Shown here piece by piece: positions 15,534 to 29,800 of a DNA stretch of 64,000 nucleotides. The translations under genes were made by a program, and so were the position numbers. This DNA is from Eledone cirrhosa (lineage: Eukaryota): the NCBI GenBank assembly GCA_964016885.1, contig OZ024741.1, positions 339,264,001 to 339,328,000 of the forward strand. The letters are read 5' to 3'. The notes under the pieces were generated by a model, which was not told the origin of the DNA, did no database searches, and saw only the letters and a list, made by a program, of their open reading frames with translations. Numbering within the stretch: position 1 is the stretch's first letter; each line of letters opens with the position of its first letter.

Positions 15534-15748
15534 AATCTTTTTCATACAAAACCACCTGAAACTGCCCCTGATTTTATGATAGAGCTGTTTATTTTAAAGC
15601 ATTTATATTTATCTAAAACCCTGTTTCAAGCATCAATATAAGAAAGTTTGTTATATTACTAAATCACCCCAAAATTTTGATTATTTTCAAAATCATTTGA
15701 AAATCTAAGGCAGTTTCTTTCATTAAAAATATGGTAATGAAAGGGTTA
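15533..15748. mobile_element. piggyBac-like MITE remnant
   Basis: Ends ATGGTAATGAAAGGGTTAA; reverse-orientation relative of 46008-46385 and of the fragment near 18813. Confidence 0.5.
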
Positions 15749-16197
15749 ATGTTACTACTTATCTAAAAATCTGTCATAATTATAAGTAAGAATGTTCTAA
15801 GCCAAAACTAAATGAGAAATACCCCTGATTTTTTTATTTTCAAAATTTTGAAAACCATAGACAGTGTCTTGTCATGAAAAATATACCCAAAAGTTTAAGT
15901 CAGTCTTAAATAAATGTGTCCAATGCATGTTCGTCAAGGACAATAATATTTTGTGACAAATAATTGCTTATATTTTGATGGTTATAGTAAATAACTACCT
16001 GAACCTACTGTCAAATTCTATAGATTATATAACCTCCTATATTGATTTATATATTAAAGATCTCATATTTTCTTTTTTACTTTGTTTTGATACCAACCTC
16101 ATCAAAACTAGCTCTGATTCTATGAAACAAAACCACCCATTTAAGGGTTCCTTCCTATTTAAACTAAAATCTTCCAGCATAATTTTATATAATAATT

Positions 16198-16610
16198 GTT
16201 TCTACTTTTGGCACAAGGCCAGCAATTATCCCAGTTCATTACTGGTACTTTGTTTTATCTACCCTGTAAGGATGAAAGGCAAAGTTAACCTCGGCGGGAT
16301 TTGAACTCAGACCATAAAGGGCCGTAACTCTATGCTGCAAAGCATGGTGTCCAACCCTCTACCGATTTTGCCAATCCAATCATATGTTAAGTTACTAAGT
16401 TCATAAAATTAATTAATTGGAATAGTGGGTGGATTGGCAGTATCGGTAGAGGGTCGGGTGCCATGCTTTGACGCATAGAGTTACGGCCCTTGCCATTCTG
16501 AGTTCAAATCCCACCGAGGTTAACTTTGCCTTTCATCCTTACGGGGTCGATAAAATAAAGTACCAGTAATGCACTGGGATAATTGCTGGCCTTGTGCCAA
16601 AAGTAGAAAC
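16198..16610. mobile_element. Two family A SINEs head to head (16198-16378 minus, 16427-16610 plus)
   Basis: Both copies nearly full length and mutually reverse-complementary, about 50 bp apart. Confidence 0.9.
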
Positions 16611-16686
16611 AATTAATTAATTGGTAGTAGTATATTTTATTAGTGACATGTTAATGGAACTGTGTATTTCCTAATATAAACTCTAA

Positions 16687-16823
16687 TTTTATCGACCCCG
16701 TAAGGTAAAGCCAATGTTAGCTTTGCCTTTCATCCTTACGGTGTCGATAAAATAAAGTACCAGTAATGTACTGTCGACTTTCCCCTCCCCCCAAATTGCT
16801 GGCCTTGTGCATAAATCAGAAAC
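16687..16823 (+). mobile_element. 5'-truncated SINE A with a short inverted 5' segment
   Basis: TTTTATCGACCCCGTAAGG precedes its own reverse complement CCTTACGGTGTCGATAAAA. Confidence 0.8.
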
Positions 16824-17176
16824 CATTATGTAAACTCTAATGAAATTAAATATATCTAATTAGAAACATGATTAAGACATAGAAACTTCAATAAATGATG
16901 ACATTATTATTTTTTAATAATTTAATTATTTATTTCTTAGAAAAATGTTAAAGTTTCAACAAATATTCCACCTATTTTCGATCTATATATTATCAATCAG
17001 TTTATCTTTCAAAGAATTTTTCCTTCTGCAAATATACTTTTGACCATTGGGATCTCTTGGCATGAACATTTCTCTGACTCTCTCTCTCTGTATATACAAA
17101 TATACATATATATCATCATCATCATCATCACCGTTTTATGTCCGTTCTTCCACACTAGCATGGGTTAGACGGAATA

Positions 17177-17257
<81 letters not shown>

Positions 17258-17307
17258 ATATATATATATATATATGTATTATATATATATTTGTATATAT
17301 ATATATT

Positions 17308-17342
<35 letters not shown>

Positions 17343-17395
17343 GTATATGTATTATATATATACATAATACATATACATATATATATATACATATA

Positions 17396-17515
<120 letters not shown>

Positions 17516-17611
17516 CACATATATATATGTGTATGTATATTATAGTTTTTATGTCTGCTTTTCCACAGTTGCATATATATATATATATGTATGTGTATAT
17601 GTATTTATGTG

Positions 17612-17645
<34 letters not shown>

Positions 17646-17663
17646 CACACATTTTTTATGTTT

Positions 17664-17708
<45 letters not shown>

Positions 17709-17842
17709 CACTCGTGTTTATGTTTATATATACATACATATACACGTTTTTATATTTACACACACATATATATACATTTCTCTCTCTCTCTCTCTATGTA
17801 TGTATATAATGTATATATATGTATGTAATATATATATATATG

Positions 17843-17902
<60 letters not shown>

Positions 17903-17943
17903 GTTATTCCGGGTTGAATCGGAGGTAACCACAGTAAGGTACT

Positions 17944-17980
<37 letters not shown>

Positions 17981-18451
17981 TATATACACACATATATATA
18001 TACATATATATATACACACATCTATACATATTTAAACAGGGAATGTACAAACTATAATTCATTCATAAAAGAGAGAGAGAGAGGCAGAGAAATATTTTCA
18101 ATAAACTTGGGTAAGATTTGAACCGTCCATCTCCTTCATGCTCCAATTGTCATGTATTTATTTATTTCAATATTTGAAATATTCACTGCTCTGGATGGTT
18201 GATTCTAACCAATTCATTTTCATTTTTTCTTTCCTCTTTGGCTTTTATGAATATTTCTTTATTCTTTATCTGGTTTCAGTCATTAGAATTTGGTCATGCT
18301 GGAGCATATTTTTATGTATGAATTTCTAGGGTTTTAATATCTGAACATCCTGTAATGATTTAGAATATATTTGTGAACAGATTTAATTGAAATGTTTATA
18401 ATATCATCGATCTTCATATTGATCTTCAGCTTCAACCTTTTATATTCATAG

Positions 18452-18745
18452 ATAAATTAAAACCTCACATCATAGATAGTGTTTTTCATTAGAAATATAG
18501 CATCAAAACTATTTAAATGTTCCTATAAAATAAAAGTCTACATCATAGGTAGTGTTTTTCACTAGAAATATGACATCAAAACTGTTAAAATGTTCCTATA
18601 AATTAAAACCTCACACCATAGATAGTGTTTTTCATTAGAGATATGGCAATAAAACTGTTAAAATGTACCTATAAATTAAAAGCCCACACCATAAGTAGTG
18701 TTTTTCATTAGAAATATGGCAACAAAACTGTTAAAAAGTTTAGAT
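18452..18745. repeat. 73-bp tandem repeat, 4 copies
   Basis: CATARRTAGTGTTTTTC at 18471, 18544, 18617 and 18690. Confidence 0.95.
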
Positions 18746-19242
18746 AAATACTACTGGACAATTAGTTTCATAGCTTTTTAATTAATCAATTGCAACAACA
18801 AAGGCCATACTAATTAACCTTTTATTACCATATTTTTAATAAAAGACACTTCCTATGATTTTCAAATAATTTTGAAAATAATAATAAAAATGACGTATTT
18901 TGTAAAATAATTGACTTTTTCAATATTAAGATGGTGATTACAAAATAATTTAAATGTTCACAATAATCTCTCCACCATCAAAGATACTATAAACATTTAG
19001 TACACACCAGTATTATGACTGCATTACATTACTCTAATATTGCAAATTTCCACAACAATCTGTCCACTACAAACCTGTGTAATTAAAAAGTATTTTCTGC
19101 TAAATTATTGCAGGTTAAGAGTTAATTGAATATTTAATTGTTAATATATTACTGTTTGATTAAATATATACATTATATATATATACATATATGTTTCATT
19201 AAAGTTTATTGCCTCATTAACAACTTACTCAAAATTATAATT

Positions 19243-19508
19243 ATTGGCAGTATGGGTAGAGCATTGAACAACGTGCTTTTCAGCATAAAGTTGCAGCCCT
19301 TTACGTTCTGAGTTCAAATCAGCCAAGGGTAACTTTGCCTTTCATCCTTACGGGATCAATAAAATAAAGCACCAATAATGCACGAGTAATTAGAAGTAGA
19401 AACAATTATTATTATTTGAGGTTAACTTTGCCTTTCATCCTTACGGGGTCGATAAAATAAAGTACCAGTAATACACTGGTTAATTGCTGGCCTTGTGCCA
19501 AAAGTAAC
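19243..19508 (+). mobile_element. SINE A plus a tandem partial copy
   Basis: Core motif present twice. Confidence 0.85.
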
Positions 19509-19934
19509 ACTGGATCATTTAGTCGACTTCTTATCAAGTTATGTAACCTCAGATAGACAGTATTTTCTGCAGGATATTTGCTGTTCAGAAAATATTGTTT
19601 TCTGCAATGTTGGGAGTGATTCCAATTCTATCAAAGTTTTTCCGGAGGTTCTCTGTCACCAATCCAAGTGCTCCAATTACAATTGGTACCACTCTTGCTT
19701 TAATATTATTCTTATAATCATTATTCTGAATTGATACCTTGAGTGTATATGACTCAAATAGATTTAGACATGAAAGTATTGGGTAAAAAATTGTTCATCT
19801 TATTTCCTCCATAATATGGCGTGGCCTCTTTGTGTATAATAAAGTTAACTGATAAGTTGGTAACGACTAGGTAAAACTGAGTTGTTCTTTGGTTCATTCT
19901 GCAGAGAATTTTGTGTTACCATAACCTTTTTATC

Positions 19935-20200
19935 TAATGATTACCATCCAGATACAACATGTCCATACTAGTGCAGACCTCTCTCTTGCATATTACATAT
20001 GATTCCTCTTATACCTAGTTTTTCATTCTGTTCATCCATGCTTCCCCTATTCATGTATATTAACATCACATATCTATTGAAGCATGTTTGCTTTGTTTGT
20101 CTCCAGCTTTCATATATCCTCTAGATTTACTGCCCATGTCTCACTACCATGCAACACTGCACTTTACATGCTGGCATCACACAACTGGCCTTTTATTCAT
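19935..20200 (-). mobile_element. Decayed RTE-type LINE fragment
   Basis: Minus strand retains LHGSETWAV and LGIRGI similarity to 39360-39735. Confidence 0.7.
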
Positions 20201-20897
20201 GTTACACTATTTTTTAGTGTGTGTGGAATTCTATATAACTGATGTTATTAACTGATTTTAAATCAAATTTTGTTTCATGTAAAGCATCACTTTCTTGCAG
20301 TTTTAAGCTAGCATGGGTTGGAAGAAACTTTTTTCAGGCAGTTGTTTTCTGTTTGCCTCTGCTGATGTCATTAAACTTTGTCAGACTGCTCAGCTAGTGA
20401 GTGTATTGTTTGTACAGGACATAAACAAACTGAAGACACACAAACACACACACATATGTATTGACCCATAACTTGCGATGGAGTGGTAAGGGTGACATAG
20501 TGACATACAGTAGGCCTTGGATATATTAAACCTGGCAGAGCCCTTCTTATTTAACACATTAGATATCTTCCAGAGAAGGAGAGAGTGATAGAGAGGGGAT
20601 CTGAACAAGACGAGAGGCAAAGTTGACCTTGCCGGGATTTGAACTCAGATCACAGGGACCTGGAACAAATACAGCAAAGAATTCTAACCAACATTCTAAT
20701 GACACTGCCAATTCTCTCTCTTTCTCAAACACATCTATGTGTGTGTATGTGTGTACATATATATATATACATATATATATGGGTTTGTGTGTGTGTATAT
20801 ATATGTGTGTCTGTATGTATATGCGTATATATGTATGTGTGTATGTGTGTGTGTGTGTATGTATATATATGTGTGTATATGTATGTGTACATTTATT

Positions 20898-21020
20898 GAC
20901 TCCTTAAGGATGAAAGGCAAAGTTAACTTTGGCGGGATTTGAACTCAGATCATAAAGGGACGTAACTCTATGGTGCAAAGCATGGCGTCCGACCCTCTAC
21001 CGATACTGCCAATCCACCAC
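20898..21020 (-). mobile_element. SINE A 5' half
   Basis: Head, B box and start of the core; an older fragment lies at 20615-20712. Confidence 0.85.
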
Positions 21021-21371
21021 CAATAATAATAATAATAATGATATGGAAATATTTGGCAAGGCATGCTGAGTGAAAGAAGAACTTATTGAGAAATAAAGGA
21101 AAGAAAAAAACCAAACCAAAGTGTAATATTTGAAATATATGTTTATTATGTCTTAAGTTATTAGCAAGGATTATTATAAAGCTGTGAGGTTTAATAAAAG
21201 GAATTCACATTGAACATGAAATATAAACATTTTGTTGTTGGACATATATAAATTGAATTGACTTGACTTGAAAGATTCATATCTCCTTCTTCACCACACC
21301 CTTTCTGCCATCACTAACACTCTCTCTTTCTCTTTTTTCTATGCATGCACACGTCTGTAAGTCTGCATGTG

Positions 21372-21460
<89 letters not shown>

Positions 21461-21520
21461 CATCTTTTTACGTCCACTCTTCCATGCATATAATGTATAT
21501 GTATATATACATATACAATC

Positions 21521-21573
<53 letters not shown>

Positions 21574-21708
21574 TTATGTGTGTGTGTGTGTGTTTATGTG
21601 TGTGTGTGTGTGTGTGTTTATGTGTGTTTATGTATGTGTGTGTGTGTTTATGTATATGTGTGTGTGTGTTTATGTATATGTGTGTACACAAATATATATA
21701 TATATATA

Positions 21709-21756
<48 letters not shown>

Positions 21757-22059
21757 TACAGTATGGCTACAAAATGTTTTTTATATATATTTGCAAGTGT
21801 ATGTATGTACATTCAAGTATGTGTTGTTTTGCAGTTTCTCCCTCAGTCAATAATAGTATCTGTATTTTTTTTGTTCCCCCACCCTTTCTCCCAGTCTTAC
21901 ACCCCCACCTTTCCTCCCACCCTGCCCACCTACCCCAAGTAGTAACTTCATTGCTTTTCTCCCCCACCCACTCTCACTCTTTCTACACACACATCCAGTA
22001 TTGGATTATACTCTATATATGTGCGTGTGTAGATGCACATTATGCCCTTCCATGGATAC

Positions 22060-22117
<58 letters not shown>

Positions 22118-22144
22118 TATATGTGCATATATATATATATATAT

Positions 22145-22180
<36 letters not shown>

Positions 22181-22267
22181 TATAAATATAAATATATATA
22201 AATATATATATAATTATATATATATATATATATACATATATATATGTGCATATATATATATATATAT

Positions 22268-22303
<36 letters not shown>

Positions 22304-22420
22304 TAAATATAAATATATATAAATATATATATAATTATATATTTGCACACATATATATATATGTGCATATATATATATATATATACATACACATATATAT
22401 GTGCATATATATATACATAC

Positions 22421-22474
<54 letters not shown>

Positions 22475-22654
22475 GTATATATATGTTCATATATATATAT
22501 ATATATACATATATATATGTGCATATATATATATACACAGACATAAATAAACTACTTTTAATTTTCATTCATATTTGTATATATATATATGTACATATGT
22601 ACCAACATATACCATTTTAAGTCTACCTACCATGCTAGCATTGGTATATATATA

Positions 22655-22778
<124 letters not shown>

Positions 22779-23024
22779 GTGTGTGTGATGTAAGTATATA
22801 TATGTTAAACATACATACACAAACATGTATATACTCACACACATGCATTATATACACACACAGGTCTCTCTAGCTAGCATATGTGTTCATTCTAGTTTCA
22901 TGCAATCTCGTGCATGTGCATAGCAATAAGCTGATGCACGGAGTGCGTGCAGCTAAGCTAGTTGATGCAACGAGAGAAAATGCATGGCTCTGTCAACAAC
23001 TGTTTAAAGTTTTGGAATCATTAT

Positions 23025-23390
23025 ATACTACTACTACTAATAATAATACTATTGCTGTTGCAGCTCCTACTACCACTACTACTACTACTACTCTGCTACT
23101 GCTGTTACTACTACTACTACCACCACTACCACCACCACCACTACTACTACTACCACCACTACTACTACTACTACTACCACCGCCACTACCACCACCACCA
23201 CCACCACCACCACCACCACCACCACCACCACCACCACCACCACCACCACCACCACCACCACCACCACCACCACCACTACTACTACTACTACTACCACCAC
23301 CACCACCACCACCACCACCACTACTACTACTACTACTGCTACTACTGCTACTACTACTACTACCACCACCACCACCACCACCACCACCAC

Positions 23391-23472
<82 letters not shown>

Positions 23473-23492
23473 TACTACCATCACCACCACCT
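23025..23492. repeat. (ACT)n/(ACC)n compound microsatellite
   Basis: Direct reading. Confidence 0.95.
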
Positions 23493-23859
23493 CTGTTTGA
23501 TTCGTCTATCATGTCCATCTTGTCATTTATGCATGCTGTGACTTGTGCATGAAACTGTGTTTGCTATCTTTACTGTGTATGTATATTTATAGGCACATGC
23601 ATATATATATATATACACACACACACACGTGTGTGAAACACACATATATAGATATACACATACTAGCAGCCCCAGGCCTTCGCCCTGGTCTGTACTGTGC
23701 TCAAATCTATTCATAAGACACCTATTGTCATCTGTCATAATGTCGATTTTCTTTGAAATAAAAAATGTTAAAAGTTATTAGAATAGTGCTTAACATAATT
23801 AAAAAGATTTATTTATAATATCTAAATACAGAATGAAAGTAAAGAAAATAACAAATTCA

Positions 23860-26800
23860 CTAAATTTATAGTTTTAACTTCAACCACCTACATCTCTAAA
23901 TTTATAGTTTTAACTTAAACCACCTACATCTCTAAATTTATAGTTTTAACTTAAACCACCTACATCTCTAAATTTATAGTTTTAACTTAAACCACCAATA
24001 TCTCTAAATTTATAGTTTTAACTTAAACCACCAATATCTCTAAATTTATAGTTTTAACTTAAACCACCTACATCTCTAAATTTATAGTTTTAACTTAAAC
24101 CACCAATATCTCTAAATTTATAGTTTTAACTTAAACCACCAATATCTCTAAATTTATAGTTTTAACTTAAACCACCAATATCTCTAAATTTATAGTTTTA
24201 ACTTAAACCACCTACATCTCTAAATTTATAGTTTTAACTTAAACCACCAATATCTCTAAATTTATAGTTTTAACTTAAACCACCAATATCTCTAAATTTA
24301 TAGTTTTAACTTAAACCACCTACATCTCTAAATTTATAGTTTTAACTTAAACCACCAATATCTCTAAATTTATAGTTTTAACTTAAACCACCAATATCTC
24401 TAAATTTATAGTTTTAACTTAAACCACCTACATCTCTAAATTTATAGTTTTAACTTAAACCACCAATATCTCTAAATTTATAGTTTTAACTTAAACCACC
24501 AATATCTCTAAATTTATAGTTTTAACTTAAACCACCTACATCTCTAAATTTATAGTTTTAACTTAAACCACCAATATCTCTAAATTTATAGTTTTAACTT
24601 AAACCAACAATATCTCTAAATTTATAGTTTTAACTTAAACCACCAACACCACCAAATTTATAGTTTTAAACTTAAACCACCTACATCTCTAAATTTATAG
24701 TTTTAACTTAAACCACCAATATCTCTAAATTTATAGTTTTAACTTAAACCACCTACATCTCTAAATTTATAGTTTTAACTTAAACCACCAATATCTCTAA
24801 ATTTATAGTTTTAACTTAAACCACCTACATCTCTGAATTTATAGTTTTAACTTAAACCACCAATATCTCTAAATTTATAGTTTTAACTTAAACCACCAAT
24901 ATCTCTAAATTTATAGTTTTAACTTAAACCACCAATATCTCTAAATTTATAGTTTTAACTTAAACCACCTACATCTCTAAATTTATAGTTTTAACTTAAA
25001 CCACCAATATCTCTAAATTTATAGTTTTAACTTAAACCACCAATATCTCTAAATTTATAGTTTTAACTTAAACCACCTACATCTCTAAATTTATAGTTTT
25101 AACTTAAACCACCAATATCTCTAAATTTATAGTTTTAACTTAAACCACCAATATCTCTAAATTTATAGTTTTAACTTAAACCACCTACATCTCTAAATTT
25201 ATAGTTTTAACTTAAACCACCAATATCTCTAAATTTATAGTTTTAACTTAAACCACCAATATCTCTAAATTTATAGTTTTAACTTAAACCACCTACATCT
25301 CTAAATTTATAGTTTTAACTTAAACCACCAATATCTCTAAATTTATAGTTTTAACTTAAACCACCAATATCTCTAAATTTATAGTTTTAACTTAAACCAC
25401 CTACATCTCTAAATTTATAGTTTTAACTTAAACCACCAATATCTCTAAATTTATAGTTTTAACTTAAACCACCAATATCTCTAAATTTATAGTTTTAACT
25501 TAAACCACCTACATCTCTAAATTTATAGTTTTAACTTAAATCACCAATATCTCTAAATTTATAGTTTTAACTTAAACCGCCAATATCTCTAAATTTATAG
25601 TTTTAACTTAAACCACCAATATCTCTAAATTTATAGTTTTAACTTAAACCACCAATATCTCTAAATTTATAATTTTAACTTAACCACCTACATCTCTAAA
25701 TTTATAGTTTTAACTTAAACCACCAATATCTCTAAATTTATAGTTTTAACTTAAACCACCAATATCTCTAAATTTATAGTTTTAACTTAAACCACCTACA
25801 TCTCTAAATTTATAGTTTTAACTTAAACTACCAATATCTCTAAATTTATAGTTTTAACTTAAACCACCAATATCTCTAAATTTATAGTTTTAACTTAAAC
25901 CACCAATATCTCTAAATTTATAGTTTTAACTTAAACCACCAATATCTCTAAATTTATAGTTTTAACTTAAACCACATACATCTCTAAATTTATAGTTTTA
26001 ATTTAAATCACCAATATCTTGAAATTTATAGTTTTAACTTAAACCACCAATATCTCTAAATTTATAGTTTTAACTTAAACCACCAATATCTCTAAATTTA
26101 TAGTTTTAACTTAAACCACCAATATCTCTAAATTTATAATTTTAACTTAACCACCTACATCTCTAAATTTATAGTTTTAACTTAAACCACCAATATCTCT
26201 AAATTTATAGTTTTAACTTAAACCACCAATATCTCTAAATTTATAGTTTTAACTTAAACCACCTACATCTCTAAATTTATAGTTTTAACTTAAACTACCA
26301 ATATCTCTAAATTTATAGTTTTAACTTAAACCACCAATATCTCTAAATTTATAGTTTTAACTTAAACCACCAATATCTCTAAATTTATAGTTTTAACTTA
26401 AACCACCAATATCTCTAAATTTATAGTTTTAACTTAAACCACCAATATCTCTAAATTTATAGTTTTAACTTAAACCACCAATATCTCTAAATTTATAATT
26501 TTAACTTAACCACCTACATCTCTAAATTTATAGTTTTAACTTAAACCACCAATATCTCTAAATTTATAGTTTTAACTTAAACCACCAATATCTCTAAATT
26601 TATAGTTTTAACTTAAACCACCTACATCTCTAAATTTATAGTTTTAACTTAAACTACCAATATCTCTAAATTTATAGTTTTAACTTAAACCACCAATATC
26701 TCTAAATTTATAGTTTTAACTTAAACCACCAATATCTCTAAATTTATAGTTTTAACTTAAACCACCAATATCTCTAAATTTATAGTTTTAACTTAAACCA

Positions 26801-29800
26801 CCAATATCTCTAAATTTATAGTTTAAACTTAAACCACCTACATCTCTAAATTTATCATTTTAACTTAAACCACCAATATCTCTAAATTTATAGTTTTAAC
26901 TTAAACCACCAATATCTCTAAATTTATAGTTTTAACTTAAACCACCTACATCTCTAAATTTATAGTTTTAACTTAAACCACCAATATCTCTAAATTTATA
27001 GTTTTAACTTAAACCACCAATATCTCTAAATTTATAGTTTTAACTTAAACCACCTACATCTCTAAATTTATAGTTTTAACTTAAACCACCAATATCTCTA
27101 AATTTATAGTTTTAACTTAAACCACCAATATCTCTAAATTTATAGTTTTAACTTAAACCACCTACATCTCTAAATTTATAGTTTTAACTTAAATCACCAA
27201 TATCTCTAAATTTATAGTTTTAACTTAAACCACCAATATCTCTAAATTTATAGTTTTAATTTAAACCACCAATATCTCTAAATTTATAGTTTTAACTTAA
27301 ACCACCAATATCTCTAAATTTATAATTTTAACTTAACCACCTACATCTCTAAATTTATAGTTTTAACTTAAACCACCAATATCTCTAAATTTATAGTTTT
27401 AACTTAAACCACCAATATCTCTAAATTTATAGTTTTAACTTAAACCACCTACATCTCTAAATTTATAGTTTTAACTTAAACTACCAATATCTCTAAATTT
27501 ATAGTTTTAACTTAAACCACCAATATCTCTAAATTTATAGTTTTAACTTAAACCACCAATATCTCTAAATTTATAGTTTTAACTTAAACCACCAATATCT
27601 CTAAATTTATAGTTTTAACTTAAACCACCAATATCTCTAAATTTATAGTTTTAACTTAAACCACCAATATCTCTAAATTTATAATTTTAACTTAACCACC
27701 TACATCACTAAATTTATAGTTTTAACTTAAACCACCAATATCTCTAAATTTATAGTTTTAACTTAAACCACCAATATCTCTAAATTTATAGTTTTAACTT
27801 AAACCACCTACATCTCTAAATTTATAGTTTTAACTTAAACTACCAATATCTCTAAATTTATAGTTTTAACTTAAACCACCAATATCTCTAAATTTATAGT
27901 TTTAACTTAAACCACCAATATCTCTAAATTTATAGTTTTAACTTAAACCACCAATATCTCTAAATTTATAGTTTTAACTTAAACCACCAATATCTCTAAA
28001 TTTATAGTTTTAACTTAAACCACCTACATCTCTAAATTTATAGTTTTAACTTAAACCACCAATATCTCTAAATTTATAGTTTTAACTTAAACCACCAATA
28101 TCTCTAAATTTATAGTTTTAACTTAAACCACCAATATCTCTAAATTTATAGTTTTAACTTAAACCACCTACATCTCTAAATTTATAGTTTTAACTTAAAC
28201 CACCAATATCTCTAAATTTATAGTTTTAACTTAAACCACCAATATCTCTAAATTTATAGTTTTAACTTAAACCACCAATATCTCTAAATTTATAGTTTTA
28301 ACTTAAACCACCTACATCTCTAAATTCATAGTTTTAACTTAAACCACCAATATCTCTAAATTTATAGTTTTAACTTAAACCACCAATATCTCTAAATTTA
28401 TAGTTTTAACTTAAACCACCTACATCTCTAAATTTATAGTTTTAACTTAAACCACCAATATCTCTAAATTTATAGTTTTAACTTAAACCACCTACATCTC
28501 TAAATCTATAGTTTTAACTTAAACCACCAATATCTCTAAATTTATAGTTTTAACTTAAACCACCAATATCTCTAAATTTATAGTTTTAACTTAAACCACC
28601 AATATCTCTAAATTTATAGTTTTAACTTAAACCACCAATATCTCTAAATTTATAATTTTAACTTAAACCACCTACATCTCTAAATTTATAGTTTTAACTT
28701 AAACCACCAATATCTCTAAATTTATAGTTTTAACTTAAACCACCAATATCTCTAAATTTATAGTTTTAACTTAAACCACCTACATCTCTAAATTTATAGT
28801 TTTAACTTAAACTACCAATATCTCTAAATTTATAGTGTTAACTTAAACCACCAATATCTCTAAATTTATAGTTTTAACTTAAACCACCAATATCTCTAAA
28901 TTTATAGTTTTAACTTAAACCACCAATATCTCTAAATTTATAGTTTTAACTTAAACCACCTACATCTCTAAATTTATAATTTTAACTTAAACCACCTACA
29001 TCTCTAAATTTATAGTTTTAACTTAAACCACCAACATCTCTAAATTTATAGTTTTAACTTAAACCACCAACATTTCTAAATTTATAGTTTTAACTTAAAC
29101 CATCAACACCTCTAAATTTATAGTTTTAACTTAAACCACCTACATCTCTAAATTTATAGTTTTAACTTAAACCACCAACAACAATACTAAATTAATAGTT
29201 TTAACTTAAACCACCAACACCACTGAATTTATAGTTTTAACTTAAACCACCAACACCACCAAATTTATAGTTTTAAACTTAAACCACAAACACCACTGAA
29301 TTTATAGTTTTAACTTAAACCACCTACATCTCTAAATTTATAGTTTTAACTTAAACCACCAATATCTCTAAATTTATAGTTTTAACTTAAACCACCAATA
29401 TCTCTAAATTTATAGTTTTAACTTAAACCACCAATATCTCTAAATTTATAGTTTTAACTTAAACCACCTACATCTCTAAATTCATAGTTTTAACTTAAAC
29501 CACCAATATCTCTAAATTTATAGTTTTAACTTAAACCACCAATATCTCTAAATTTATAGTTTTAACTTAAACCACCTACATCTCTAAATTTATAGTTTTA
29601 ACTTAAACCACCAATATCTCTAAATTTATAGTTTTAACTTAAACCACCTACATCTCTAAATCTATAGTTTTAACTTAAACCACCAATATCTCTAAATTTA
29701 TAGTTTTAACTTAAACCACCAATATCTCTAAATTTATAGTTTTAACTTAAACCACCAATATCTCTAAATTTATAGTTTTAACTTAAACCACCAATATCTC

